This document shows, piece after piece, positions 12,101-25,894 of a stretch of 64,000 nucleotides of DNA. This DNA comes from Malacoraja senta. Taxonomy: Eukaryota. The translations under genes and the position numbers were made by a program. Position 1 is the stretch's first letter, and each line of letters opens with the position of its first letter. Under the pieces are notes generated by a model that worked only from the letters and a program-made list of their open reading frames with translations, did not search any database and had not been told where the DNA came from. The stretch is from assembly GCA_038087875.1 (NCBI GenBank), contig CM075999.1:2234001-2298000 (forward strand), read 5' to 3'.

Positions 12101-12424
12101 TAACAGTAATGCATTTTTATGTACACTTCTAGGAATGCAAAAGAGATAACCTGTTCATTAGGAATTTCATTTCGTTTCTATTGCTTTTTGGGCACAAAGG
12201 AACTGTTTGATCTTCCAGCAGCTTGATCAAAAAAAACTCCATCTCCTCCCTTTGAATTTCTACACACAGGTTAATACTCGGGAACATGTGTCATTTCCAT
12301 TCTTGTTTTCAGAATGCAGCATGAATTCTTGCAAGATCAGATGTTTGGTGATGAGATATAGCGAGGAAACAAGCCCTTCGGCCCACCGAATCCACGCCGA
12401 CCAGCGATAAACCCCGTACACTAG

Positions 12425-12460
12425 CGCGCACACACACACACGCACGCACACACACACACG

Positions 12461-12550
<90 letters not shown>

Positions 12551-12578
12551 TGACAACACACATAACAACACACATAAC

Positions 12579-12632
<54 letters not shown>

Positions 12633-12663
12633 CATAACAACACACATAACAACACACATAACA

Positions 12664-12722
<59 letters not shown>

Positions 12723-12748
12723 ACAACACACATAACAACACACACAAC

Positions 12749-12835
<87 letters not shown>
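12425..12835. repeat. (CA)n microsatellite with CACG and CATAACAA interruptions
   Basis: Direct reading. Confidence 0.97.
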
Positions 12836-12838
<3 letters not shown>

Positions 12839-13677
12839 CACACAAAAACACCCTTTGTGTGAAAATAAAAATCTAACCCTCGGGTCCCTGTTAAATCTTC
12901 CTCCCCTCACGTTAAACCTGTGTGGTTGTCGATTGCCCTACTCTGGGCAAGAGATTCTGTACGTTCACCCAATCTTTTTCTCTTTTTTTATATATATATA
13001 TAGTCTTTTCTTTTAAAGGATCGCACACAAGCAAGGCTGCACCTCGCCACACGTCACAGTTATAAAGTAAACTGGAGTGACAAGGATAAGCCTGGTAAAT
13101 AGTCAATCGCAGGTTATTGAATTATTTTTTTGTGTGCAAATGTTCCCTTGTAGGAAACATGTTCCCCATGTTGGGGGAGTCCAGAACCAGGGGTCACAGT
13201 TTAAGAATAAGGGGTAGGCCATTTTGGACTGAGATGAAGAATTTGTTGTTTTTTTGTTGTTGTGAATCTGTGGAAGTCTCTGCCACAGAAGGCAGTGGAG
13301 GCCAATTCACTGGATGTTTTCAAGAGAGGGCTAGATTGAGCTCTTGGAGCTAATGGAATCAAGGGATATGGGGAGAAAGCAAGAATGGGGTACTGATTTT
13401 GGATGATCAGCCATGATTGTATTGAATGGCGGTGCTGGCTCGAAGGGCCGAATGGCCTACTCCTGCACCTATGTTCTATGTTTCTGATTCTCTGTGAATG
13501 CTTGGTATGTTTGGTTTGAGCGCACAGGTTTGTGATGTTGGGGAGAATCAGCATCGGAGTGACCTTCGACAGACAGCTGATCAAACATTGATATTGGTAT
13601 TTCTGGTGAACCAGCCAACATTTATTTGTTTCTTTCTGTGCCAAGAGTAAAATTTAATAATTTATTTAATTGAATAA

Positions 13678-14000
13678 GGGCGGTCACGGTGGCGCAGCGG
13701 GTAGAGCTGCTGCCTCACAGTGCCATAGACCCGGGTTCGATCCTGACTACGGGTGCTATCTGTACGGGGTTTGTACGTTCTCCCCGTGACCTGCGTGGGT
13801 TTTCTCCGAGATCTTCTGTTTCCTCCCACACTCCAAAGATGTACAGGTTTGTAGGTTAGTTGGCTTGGTGTAAATGTGCAAATTGTCCCTTGGTATAGGA
13901 TAGTATTAATGTGCGGGGATCACTGGTCGGCACGGACCAGATGGGCCGAAGGGCCTGTTTCCGCGCTGTATCTCTAAACTACACTAAACTAAACTAAACT
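13678..14000 (+). mobile_element. HE1-type SINE (full length)
   Basis: Full consensus with tail. Confidence 0.88.
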
Positions 14001-14057
14001 GAATGTGTAAATCTAATAAGGTTTTGGTTTGCTGGTTCACAGATGTTATCAAGAGTG

Positions 14058-14765
14058 TAGAAACATAGAAACATAAAAAATAGGTGCAGGAGTAGGCCAT
14101 TCGGCCCTTCGAGCCTGCACCGCCATTCAATATGATCATGGCTGATCATCCAACTCAGTATCCTGTACCTGCCTTCTCTCCATACCCCCTGATCCCTTTA
14201 GCCACAAGGGCCACATCTAACTCCCTCTTAAATATAGCCAATGAACTGGCCTCAACTACCTTCTGTGGCAGAGAGTTCCAGAGATTCACCACTCTCTGTG
14301 TAAAAAATATTTTTCTCATCTCGGTCCTAAAGGATTTCCCCTTAATCCTTAAACTGTGACCCCTTGTCCTGGACTTCCCCAACATCGGGAACAATCTTCC
14401 TGCATCTAGCCTGTCCAACCCCTTAAGAATTTTGTAAGTTTCTATAAGATCCCCCCTCAATCTCCTAAATTCTAGCGAGTACAAGCCGAGTCTATCCAGT
14501 CTTTCTTCATATGAAAGTCCTGACATCCCAGGAATCAGTCTGGTGAACCTTCTCTGCACTCCCTCTATGGCTATAATGTCCTTCCTCAGATTAGGAGAAC
14601 AAAACTGTATGCAATACTCCAGGTGTGGTCTCACCAAGACCCTGTACAACTGCAGTAGAACCTCCCTGCTCCTATACTCAAATCCTTTTGCTATGAAGGC
14701 CAACATACCATTCGCTTTCTTCACTGCCTGCTGCACCTGCATGCCTACTTTCAATGACTGGTGTA
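14058..14765 (-). mobile_element. CR1/HER1-like LINE 3' fragment
   Basis: ORF 14155-14754 KKANGMLAFI...LVRPHLEYC...RRLRGDLIETYK...GYGEKAGTGY. Tail (TTCTATGT)n. Confidence 0.93.
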
Positions 14766-15043
14766 GATTGGTTTATGCATGTGAACCAATCATAGAAGAA
14801 CAGCATCACTAACCCCACCTTACGGTGTGATTCATACTAACACCCACTTCCGATACTGGTCAGTCTTGGAAGCGGTAACGATGAACTAACAACTAATGAC
14901 CTGCTGTACGGCTATACTATGGGTACCGATTAAGTATGACCTTGAACTCCAGATTGTAAAGTTTGCTTATTTACATGGTGTCAGAAGTGGGATTTACTGT
15001 CTATCCAGAATTACCCGATGCAGACTAGAGGGCAGATGTTTAA

Positions 15044-15374
15044 AGGGCCTGTCCCTCTTACGCGTCTTTTTCGGCGACTGCCGGCACCCGTCATAGGTCA
15101 CCAAAAATGTTCAACATGTTGAAAATTCAGCAGCGACCAGAAAGACGCTACGACTCTTTGGTTGACTAGGGGACTACTCACGACCATACAGGCGATACCC
15201 TGGTGACATGTCGCGGGGGTGAAGCCTGTATGGTCGTGAGTAGTCGCCCAAAGAGTCGTACCTTGTTCTGGTCGGCGATGGATTTTCAACATGTTGAACA
15301 TTTCCGCCGACCTGTAACGACCTATGACGGGTGCCGGCAGTCTCCGAAAAAGTCGCGTAAGTGGGACAGGCCCT
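15044..15374. mobile_element. PIF/Harbinger-like MITE (second internal type), TAA TSD
   Basis: TAA|AGGGCCTGTCCCTCTTACGCG...CGCGTAAGTGGGACAGGCCCT|TAA. Inverted arms over 50 bp. Confidence 0.85.
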
Positions 15375-16716
15375 TAAAGCTGAGAGGGGCAAAGTTTAAA
15401 GGAGATGTGTGAGGAAAGAATGTGTGAGGCTGCCTGGAACGCGCTGCCAGGGGTGGCGGTGGAGGCAGATACGATGGGGGTATCTAAGAGGCTTTTAGAT
15501 AGGCACATGCATGTGCAGGGGATGGAGGGACATGGATCATGTGCGGGCAGAGGAGATTAGTTTATTTTGGCATGAAGTTCAATGTGGACATTGGAGGCCG
15601 GGCGTCCTGTTCCTGTGCTACCTTCTGAAGCAGTTAGATATCAGTGGGACCGAAGTCGCATCTAATCCAGACTGAATGTTAAGAGTAAACTTATTCCCTG
15701 AAAGATAGACGTAAAATCCTGGAGTAACTTAACCTTTAACCTTCGAGCCAGCACACACCGCCATTCAATATGATCATGGCTGATCATCTAAAACTGTACC
15801 CCGTTCCTGCTTTCTCCCCATATCCCTTGGTTCCCTCAGCCCCAAGAGCTAAATCTAACTCTCTCTTGAAAACATCCAGTGAATTGGCTTCCACTTGGTT
15901 GACATGGGCAAGTTTATACCATATCTTTGGTACAAACAGCATCTGCAGTTCATTATTATTACTTAAAAGAATTAGAGTTGAAGAAGGGCTGTGTGCTGTC
16001 AGTGATGATTTTTTTAACGTTTTAATCAACTGATTGTGATGTTGACTTCATGAAACCAATTAGCAACTTTTTTTTCCAATGCCTAATTAATACACAAATG
16101 CTTGTGATTATGCCAAGGTGATTGAACAGTGTTAATTGTATGTGCGGTGATGTAACTCTGCCATTTCACTGTGTGGGAATGGTAGTGGGGGGGAGCAACG
16201 TCTCTGCTGCCTGGGGCAATGAACACCCAACTGATGGGACCAGGGCATGGGGTCAACCCAACACAGTCAGGGATCGACTTGGGGTGCTCCAACCGCGGGA
16301 GCTTCGATCGCCCCGACTGCCCCAACCGCGGGAGAATAAAGAAGGAAGAAGATAAGACAGTGTTCCATCACAGTGAGGAATGTGGGGAATCCACTGTGGT
16401 GGATGTTTATGTTAACTTTTATGTAGTTGTGCGTCTTGTTGCGTTTTTGGTATGGCTGTCTGGTAAATCAAATTCTGTGTATGGTTTTACATACTTGGCT
16501 AATAAATTAATTACAATTAGTCTAATCTAGTCAAGAGTGTTTAGTTGTCATATGGACCAAAATTGAACAATTACATTCTTACTTGACTACTTATAGAACG
16601 TAGTGCAGGACTGTGTAGGAAGGAACTGCAGATGCTGGTTTACACCAAAGGTAGACCCAAAATGCTGGAGTAACTCAGCGGATCAGGCAGCATCTCTGGA
16701 GAAAAGGAATGGGTGA

Positions 16717-17437
16717 ATAGACATTAGACAATGGACAATAGGTGCAGGAGTAGGCCATTCGGCCCTTCGAGCCAGCACCGCCATTCAATGTGATCATGGC
16801 TGATCATCCCCAATCAGTACCCCGTTCCTGCCTTCTCCCCATATCCCCTGACTCCGCTATTTTTAAGAGCCCTATCTAGCTCTCTCTTGAAAGCCTCCAC
16901 CGCCCTCTGAGGCAGAAAATTCCACAGACTCATCACTCTCTGTGAGAAAAAGTGTTTCCTCGTCTCCGTTCTAAATGGCTTACTCCTTATTCTTAAACTG
17001 TGGCCCATGGTTCATCGGGAACCTGTTTCCTGCCTCTAGCATGTCCAAACCCTTAACAATCTTATATGTTTCAATGAGATGCCCTCTCATCCTTCTAAAC
17101 TCCAGAGTGTACAAGCCCAGCCGCTCCATTCTCTCAGCATATGACAGTCCCGCCATCCCGGGAATTAACCTTGTAAACCTACGCTGCACTCCCTCAATAG
17201 CAAGAATGTCCTTCCTCAAATTAGGGGACCAAAACTGCACACAATACTCCAGGTGTGGTCTCACTAGGGCCCTGTACAACTGCAGAAGGACCTCTTTGCT
17301 CCTATATTCGATTCCCCTTGTTATAAAGGCCAACATGCCATTCGCTTTCTTCACTGCCTGCTGTACCTGCATGCTTACTTTCATAGACTGATGAACAAGG
17401 ACCCCCAGATCCCGTTGTGCTTCCCCTTTTCCCAACT
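16717..17437 (-). mobile_element. CR1/HER1-like LINE 3' fragment, nested in a Penelope-derived palindromic element
   Basis: ORF 16980-17435 RDLGVLV...LVRPHLEYCVQFWSP. (CTATTGT)-type tail. Confidence 0.9.
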
Positions 17438-18084
17438 TAACAGTTTCAGGTCGAGTCTGAAGAAGGGTCTCGACCCGAAACTTTATCCATTCCTTCTCTC
17501 CCAGAGATTCTGCCCGTTCCGCTGAGTTACTCCAGCATTCTGTGTCTATCTATGGAACAGTACTGTCTGTGTGTGTGGAGTTTGCACGTTCTCCCTGTGA
17601 CCACATGAGGGTTCCACCCATGTCCCAAAGACGTGTGGGTTTGTAGGTTGATTGTCCTGAAAGTGTGACCCAGGTGATCGATGGTTGGCGTGGACTCGAT
17701 GGGCCGAAGGGCCTGTTTCCATGCTGCAGCTCTAAACTAACCTAACGTAAACTAAAAAAACAGCATTTTGATCTGTTGGAAGGAACTGCAGATGCTGGTC
17801 AACATCAAAGATATACACAAAATGCTGGAGTAACTCAGTGGGACAGGCAGCATCTCTGGAGAGGAGGAATGGGTGACATTTCTGGTCGAGACCCTTCAGA
17901 CTGAGCATCTGAATCAATTTAATCTTCTGTGTCGTTTCTACTCAGAATCTTTCAGCTCCTTAAAACCTGTGATTATTTTTGTTGTTTTTGTTAAAAGCAG
18001 TTGTTTCTTCTGCAAGTTCTGAATCACCGTTTTTTCGAAAAGTGCCACCCGCCCTGCGTGACCTTTAAAGAAAAGATTTTGTAG

Positions 18085-19267
18085 AAAACGTAGAAAGACA
18101 GAAAATAGGTGCAGGAGTCGGCCAATCGGCCCTTCGAGCCAGCACCGCCATTCAATATGGCTGATCATCCAAAATCAGTACCCCGTTCCTGCTTTCTCCC
18201 CATATCCCTTGATTCCGTTAGCCCCAAGAGCTAAATCTAGCTCTCTCTTGAATACATTCAGTGAATTGGCCTCCACTGCCTTCTGTGGCAGAGAATTCCA
18301 CAGATTCACAACTCTCTGGGTGAAAAGGTTTTTCCTCATCTCAGTCCTAAATGGCCAACCCCTTATTCTTAAACTGTGACCCCTGGTTCTGGATTCCCCC
18401 AACATGGGGAACATTTTTCCTGCATCTAGCCTGTCCAATCCCTTAAGAATTTTACATGTTTCTATCAGATCCCTTCTCATCCTTCTAAATCCCAGTGAAT
18501 ATAAGCGCAGTTGATCCATTCTTTCTGGGTTTACCTTAAAGCTAATTATATCGTGGTTATTATGATTCCACTGCAGCAGTTAAAGAGAATGAAGATAGAC
18601 ACAAAAAGCTGGAGTAACTCAGCGGGACAGGCAGCATCTTGGAGGGAAGGAATGGGTGACGTTTCGGGTCCGAGACTCTTCTCCAGTCTGAAGAAGGGTC
18701 TTGACCTGAAACGTCACCCATTCCTTCTCTCCAGAGAAGCTGCCTGTCCCGCTGAGGTGCTCCAGTTTTTTGGTATCTATTCTTGGTATAAAACAGCATC
18801 TGCAGTTCCTTCCTACACGGTTAAAGACAACAGACAATAGGTGCAGGAGTAGGCCATTCGGCCCTTCGAGCCAGCACCGCCATTCAATGTGATCATGGCT
18901 GATCATCCCCAATCAGTACCCCGTTCCTGCCTTCTCCCCATATCCCCTGACTCCGCTATTTTTAAGAGCCCTATCTAACTCTCTCTTGAAAGCATCCAGA
19001 GAACCGGCCTCCACCACCCTCTGAGGCAGAGAATTCCACAGACTCACCACTCTCTGTGAGAAAAAGTGTTTCCTCATCTCCGTTCTAAATGGCTTACTCT
19101 TTATTCTTAAACTGTGGCCCCTGGTTCTGGACTCCTCCCAACATCGGGAACATGTTTCCTGCCTCTAGCATGTCCAAACCCTTAACAATCTTATATGTTT
19201 CAATGAGATTCCCTCTCATCCTTCTAAACTCCAGAGTGTACAAGCCCAGCTGCTCCATTCTCTCAGC
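18085..19267 (-). mobile_element. Two CR1 LINE 3' fragments (18085-18520 and 18826-19267) separated by a Penelope-derived palindrome
   Basis: ORFs ...RTRGHSLRIRG..FRTEMRK..FTQRVVNLWNSLP. Shared 3' UTR GGCTCGAAGGGCCGAATGGCCTACTCCTGCACC on the minus strand. Confidence 0.88.
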
Positions 19268-20357
19268 AGGAGAGAATGGTCCCCCCCACTCACAATGCAC
19301 CGCGTTCCACAGCTCTGATGCCTGTGTGGTAATTTAGCACGGCGCAGCCTGGAATCATTCTCCACAAAGACAGCGACTTAAAAATGGAATTGGAGAACAT
19401 GATGATGGTGCAAGGTCATAAAGCAAGCTGAAGTCGTGAAAGGGATGAATACATTTGCCCAAAAGGTTCTCTTCTTTCGAGTAATGGGGGGTGAATTATT
19501 GACGGGAGGATTATTTGTTGGGCTGTGGCCCCTGTATAGATGAAGCTGGTTTGGAAAGACAAACAGTGGTGGCGTTTCGGAACGGAGCTGGCCGTGCTGT
19601 GGTTTAAATCTTCGGGCTCGCTTCCCAATTATCTTTTATCGCTGGTGCCTATAAATTGCCTTGTAATTCATTACGGAGGCGTTGCGTGCTTCATGAGAGT
19701 CGTGTAAACACACAGCCCGCCTGGTTGTTGTTTGCTCGTATTCTGCCATGTTTATAAGTTCAGGAGCAGAATCAGGCCATTCGGCCCATCAAGCCTACTC
19801 CGCCATTCGATCACGGCTGATCTATCTCTCCCCATCTATCTAACCCCATTCTCCTGCCTTCTCCCCGTAACCCCTGACACTCATACTAATCCAGAATCTA
19901 TCCATCCCTGCCTTAAAAATATTCACTGATTTGGCCTCCACAGCCGCCTGTGGCAATGAATTCCACAGATTCACCATCCTCTGATCAGCCATGATCACAT
20001 TTTCACCCAGAGAGTTGTGAATCTGTGGAATTCTCTGCCACAGAAGGCAGTGGAGGCCAATTCACCGGATGTTTTCAAGAGAGAGTTAGATTTAGGTCTT
20101 AGGGCTAAGGCAATCAAGGGATATGGGGAGAAAGCAGGAACGGGGTACTGATTTTAGATGATCAGTCATGACCACATTGAATGGCGGTGCTGGCTCGAAG
20201 GGCCGAATGGCCTACTCCTGCACCTATTGTCTATTGTCTATAAAGAAATTCCTCCTCATCTCCTTCCTAAAGGAACATCCTTTTATTCTGAGGCTGTGCC
20301 CTCTGGTCCTAGACTCTCCCACTAGTGGAAACACCATGGGTTTGCACCTTGCCTAGT

Positions 20358-20551
20358 CTTCTTCTTCTTTCCGTGTCCATCCTGTTACAAATGTTGACCT
20401 CGCTGTCATCGTCCATCCAGAAAAGGACGCGAGCTTCCGGCAACAATCAGTGGGAGCCATCACTTGTCGCAGTAGATGATGGCGGTAGCAGAATTAGCTC
20501 AGGATACGTCCAGTTTCCAGCCCCGCCATGTGGACACTTCAACTACGGGGC
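20358..20551 (-). mobile_element. Short retroposed insert with (GAA)n tail, 13-bp TSD (RTE-type mobilisation likely)
   Basis: CACCTTGCCTAGT at 20345-20357 and 20552-20564. (CTT)4 at the left end. Confidence 0.7.
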
Positions 20552-22054
20552 CACCTTGCCTAGTATTGATCTGAGACATTGCTGATGTGAGTGGACGGGA
20601 CTAACTACAGACACAGCATGGGCGGCACGGTAACGCAGCGGTGGAGTTGCTGCCTCACAGCGCCAGAGACCCGCGTTCGATCACGACTACGGGTGCTGTC
20701 TGTACGGAGTTTGCACGTTCTCCCCGTGACCCCGTGGGTTTTTCTCTGTTTCTTCCCACACTCAAAGGACGTGCAGGCTTGTAGATTAATTGGCTTCGGT
20801 AAAATTGTAAATTGTCCCTCGTGTGTAGCTGGCTCGAAGGGCCGAATGGCCTACTCCTGCACCCATTGTCTATGCGCCAATGTTTCTATCAAGAAATAAC
20901 TTCTTGATTAGCACGGGTGTCGGGGGTTACATAGAAGCATAGAAAATAGGTGCAGGAGTAGGCCATTCGGCCCTTCGAGCCTGCACCGACATTCAACATG
21001 ATCATGGCTGATCATCCAACTCAGTATCCCGTACCTGCCTTCTCTCCATACCCCCTGATCCCTTTAGCCACAAGGGCCACATCTAACTCCCTCTTAAATA
21101 TAGCCAATGAACTGGCCTCAACTACATTCTGTGGCAGAGAATTCCAGAGATTCACCACTCTCTGGGTAAATCTGGGGAGAAGGTCAGGAGATTGGGGTCA
21201 GGAGGGAGAGGTAGATCGGCCATGAATGAATGGTGGAGTAGACTTGATGGGCCGAATGGCCTAATTCTGCCCCCTATCACTTATGACCTTATGACCTGTG
21301 GCTCCAGAGGTGCTGCCTGGCCCTTTGAGTGACTCCAGCATTTCGTGCCCATCTTTGGTGTAAGCCAGCATCTGCAGAGGCTTTTTGATGAGCATTGAAG
21401 TAAAGTGGTAGCACCTTGAATGAAGCCCTTCGCACTTTGACAAGTTGCAGAGGTGGTTTCTAAGGGGACGATTCAGAATTTGCTTCCCTTTCATTTCTCG
21501 CTTGAGAAGGTTCACATATTCAAATACTTTGTCGCGAAGCTACCAGTTTCCCATTTTCATTTTGAACAGGATGACTATGATTAGGGCTAATTACAGCGAT
21601 GAATGAGTGTAATGAGAGCGTGCAGCCGGCTTTTTGCTATTCATGCAGGAGCAAGCCAAGGAGGAGCATGTTTTTTTTTTTTTAATTGTGTGGAACAAGA
21701 GTCTGTTCAATCAGAAGTGTTGCGAGGCTTCGTCTATTTGTGACACTGCTCAACTTATAGAATAACTTCCATCTGAATTTTCGGCAAGTTGGCTGATTAT
21801 TCTCCCTGAACCTCTTGCAAGTGCGCTGCCCACACTCAGTACGCGGACTCGTTGGGATTTACAGTAGGCCGTCTTGTAGCCTACGATTCTGGGTAGCACG
21901 TAGCAAAAAGGCTTTACGCTGTGCCTCGCTACACGTGACGATACCATGCGATGCCACAGAACCTTATTCATCCCAGGAGGGGAAATTGGTCATAAAAATA
22001 CCTGAAACATGAAATTAAAGCGAGGAGTGGAAAAGATTGGGGTTGTACATAGAT

Positions 22055-22470
22055 TGGAGGGAAGGGAGGGGGTGATGGGAGGAGGAGAGGGGGGGGGGGT
22101 GGGGGATGGTTGGTAGGGGAGGGGGAGATGGTGGCGGAGGGGTGGGGAGATGGGGAAGGGGGAAGGGAGAGGGGGGAGGGGAGAGGAGGAGATGGGGGGA
22201 TGGGGGAGGGGAGGGGAGGAAGGGTTGAGGATGGGTTGAGGGGAAGGGGAGGAGAGGGGGGAGGGGAGAGGAGGAGATGGGGGGATGGGGGAGGAGAGGG
22301 GGGAGGGGAGAGGAGGAGATGGGGGGATGGGGGAGGGGAGGGGAGGAAGGGTTGAGGGTGGGTTGAGAGGAAGGGGAGGGGGGAGGAGGAGGGGTGGGAG
22401 AGGGGAGGAGAGGGGTGAGGGGTGGAAGAGGGGAGAGGGAAGGGGTGGAAGAGGGGAGAGGGGAGGGGTG
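22055..22470 (+). repeat. G/A-rich polypurine low-complexity tract
   Basis: Almost C-free strand with many GGG+ runs and internal repeats such as GGAGGAGATGGGGGGATGGGGGAGG. Confidence 0.9.
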
Positions 22471-22933
22471 GTTGTCAGTCTCAGTCTACCCCACAGAAGG
22501 TGGAGGAGTTGTACAGTTTCATAGCCACAGGGAAGAAGGATCTCCTAAAATATAATAAACTAAACTACTGTCTTACAACCATCGGGATCTTGAACCTACC
22601 TAGAGTCATACAACACGGAAACAGGCCCTTCGGCCCAACTTGCCCATGCCGACCAGCATGTCCCATCTATGCTAGTCCCATTTGCCAGCACTTGGTCCAC
22701 ATTCCCCTGAACCTTTCCTATCCATGTACCTGTCCAAATGTATTTTAAATTGGAGACCTGGACGATGGTTTCAAATCTCACAGGATCAGTGAGATAATCT
22801 TAATTCAATTAATTAGAGTCAAGTCAAGAGCCAGGAATATTTTATGGTGACATGCATATATATATGGTATATATGCAGCGAAAAGCTTTTTAGTTGCATG
22901 CTAACCAGTCAGTGAATGGACTCTGCATGATTA

Positions 22934-23263
22934 TGGCCCTGTCCCACTGTACAAGTTCATTTCAAGAGCTCTCCCGAGTTTGCCCTGATTCGAACTCGGA
23001 GATTTATGGTAACAGCCGCTCGTCGGTACTCGGGGCTCTCGTGGACATTTTTCAACATGTTGGAAAATCTTCACGAGTCTTCCCGAGCTTACCTGCCGTT
23101 AGCGAGTCTTCCCGAGTACCTGCCGTTAGCGTTACGAGCCGCTAAGAGACGTCCCCGAGCTCCGACGTACCCGCTAGGTTCATTCTCCGTGCTTACCACG
23201 AGATTGATTTTTTTAAAACTCGGGAGAGCTCTTGGAATGAACTTGTACCGTGGGACAGGGCTT
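22934..23263. mobile_element. PIF/Harbinger-like MITE, TTA TSD
   Basis: TTA|TGGCCCTGTCCCACTGTAC...GTACCGTGGGACAGGGCTT|TTA, inside a Rex-like UTR. Confidence 0.82.
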
Positions 23264-25894
23264 TTACACTCAATCCATCCACAGTGTACACGTACAGGAT
23301 AAAGGGAATAATGTTTAGTGCACGATAAAGTCCAGTAAAGTCCGATTAAAGATAGTCCGAGGGTCTCCAATGAGGTAGATGGTAGCTCAGGACCACTCAC
23401 GAGTCGGTGGTAGGATGGTTCAGTTGCCTGATAACAACTGGGAAGAAACTGTCCATGAATCAGGAGGTGTGCGTTTTCACACTTCTGTACCTCTTGCCTA
23501 TATCGTCTATATCTCTCATCTCCCTTATCCCCAACTAGTCTGAAGAAGGGTCTCAACCCAAAACGTCACCCATTCCTTCTCTCCAGAGATGCTGCCTGTC
23601 CCGCTGAGTTACTCCAGCTTTTTGTGTCTATCCTCGGTCTAAACCAGCATCTGCAGTTCCTTCCTATGCATTGCACCTCTTGCCTGTTGGGAGAGGGGAG
23701 AAGAGGGTGTGGCTGGGGTGGGACTCATCCTTAAAGCCGTGCTCCATCCCATGCACTCCCACAGCAATGGAGCTGAAACCTATCTGGCCCTAAACTAATC
23801 TGGCAAACGACTCCGTTCAGTAAAAGGTGATCATGCCAACATCATCCAGGGCAGGCCAATGAACATAAACAGCTTCCCCTCCACAATTATACTATTGAAC
23901 GTTACGACTGGAATAAACTACTAGTGTATCTTTGAGAAATTAGAATTGGCACCGTGATAAATGAAGCTTTCTTGCACAGTATAAATATCGACTGTAGACA
24001 GAGGCCGTTGGTACAAGGACTGTGTGAAGGGCGTAGAATCACAAACAGCAAACTTTCACATTTTGCACTTCAGTTGCACAACTGGTAGAGTTGCTGCCTC
24101 ACAGCGCCAGAGACCCGGATTCGATCCTGACCTCGGTTGCCGTCTGTGCGGAGTTTGCACGTTCCTCCTGTGACTGCGTGGATTCCCTCCGGGTGCTCCG
24201 CGTGAGTTTCAATAGACAATAGGTGCAGGAGCAGGCCATTCGGCCCTTCGAGCCAGCACCGCCATTCAATGTGATCATGGCTGATCATCCCCAATCAGTA
24301 CCCCGTTCCTGCCTTCTCCCCATATCCCCTGACTCCGCTATTTCCTCCCACATCCCAAAGGCGTGCAGGTTCGCAGGTTAATTGGTCTCTGTAAATTGCC
24401 CCCTAGTGTGCAGGGAGTGGATGCAAAAGTGGGAGAACACAGAACTAGTGTGAATGGGTGATCGATGGTCGGCGTGGACTGGGTGGGCCGAAGGGCCTGT
24501 TTCCACGCTGTATCTTTCAATCCATCAAATGCATTACAGAAATGTAACTTGTAACGTGATGGCACCATGCCTCTAGATAGATGGTCCAGCTGTTATGTTG
24601 GACAATGGTTAATTCCACTGGACATCCTTTGGAAGACCAATCCATTAGTTTGCATTCTACTCTGCAAAGTTATGAAGCTAATGTCTAATCACCCGCCCAC
24701 ACTAGTTCTACATTATCCCACTTTCTCATCCACTCCCTACACACAAGGGGAAATTTACAGAGGGCCAATTAACCTCCAAACCCGCACGTCTTTTTGGGAT
24801 GTGTGAGGAAACCAGGGCACCCGGTGGAAACCCACGTGGTCACAGGGAGAACGTGCAAACTCCACAAAGTCAGTGCCCGAGGTCAGGATCGAATCCCGTC
24901 GCTTGCGCGGTGAGGCAGCGGCTCCACCAGCTGCGCCACTGCGCCGCGTACTAATTTAATTCTTTATTGATTTAGTTTTGAACCTCTGAGCTGGAACCGC
25001 GGTTATGAATGGAAGAGCAAAGAAAAAAAATCCCACGTACATCTCTCGACATCTCCACCGACACCTGTTTCCAATCATTCCATTACATTGGCTGGGACCT
25101 GTAAATAACCCATGAAATGTGTTGCTGTCTTTCGCAAATAGCGTCCTCCCAATTATTCCTCTTGCATGCCGCTGTGCGTAGCGATTGATAAGACAGGCGA
25201 CCTGTAGCAGGCACGACAACCAAACTCAACCCAAAACTAAAATTGCGAATTTGTGACTTTGCCATTCTATTCAGGATTGGAAATGTTTACAGTGCATTCT
25301 GCTAACCTCTATTAACTGGTCTGACCTATCTCTGCTTGGCTGCCTTGTACAGGAGGAGTAGCTTGTTGCTACATTTCTCGTCCTTTCTCCCAAGGTTTTG
25401 CTGTCGTTATTGTGCTGCCACTTGTCAGTTAGATTACAGGATTGTGTTCGACACGCTCCCAGCCTCGGTTTCACACCTTGAACTCGGTAGACAACCTCCT
25501 GTTTCAGATACCCCTGATCAGATACGTCGCTGGCAGTTACAAACACAAGCCTTGTTCAACAGCGATGACACTTCAGGTACATTTGCATGCCATAACTGAC
25601 TTCAACTTCACTTGACACCGCAGGTAGACAAAAATGCTGGAGAAACTCAGCGGGTGCAGCAACATCTATGGAGCGAAGGAAATAGGCAACGTTTTCGGGC
25701 CGAAACCCTTCTTCAGACCGAGCACTTGACACTGCATTGTATTGTAGACTTCTTCTTCTTGTGTATGGCGTACACAGCCTAACGTTGCAGGACAACTTGT
25801 TCTATTTGATCTTATTTGATTGTGCACGTCAGGTTGATTGCATTCGTTGAAACAGGGTGGACCACGTGAAGGTTGCAGTCTTCCACCCCGTATT

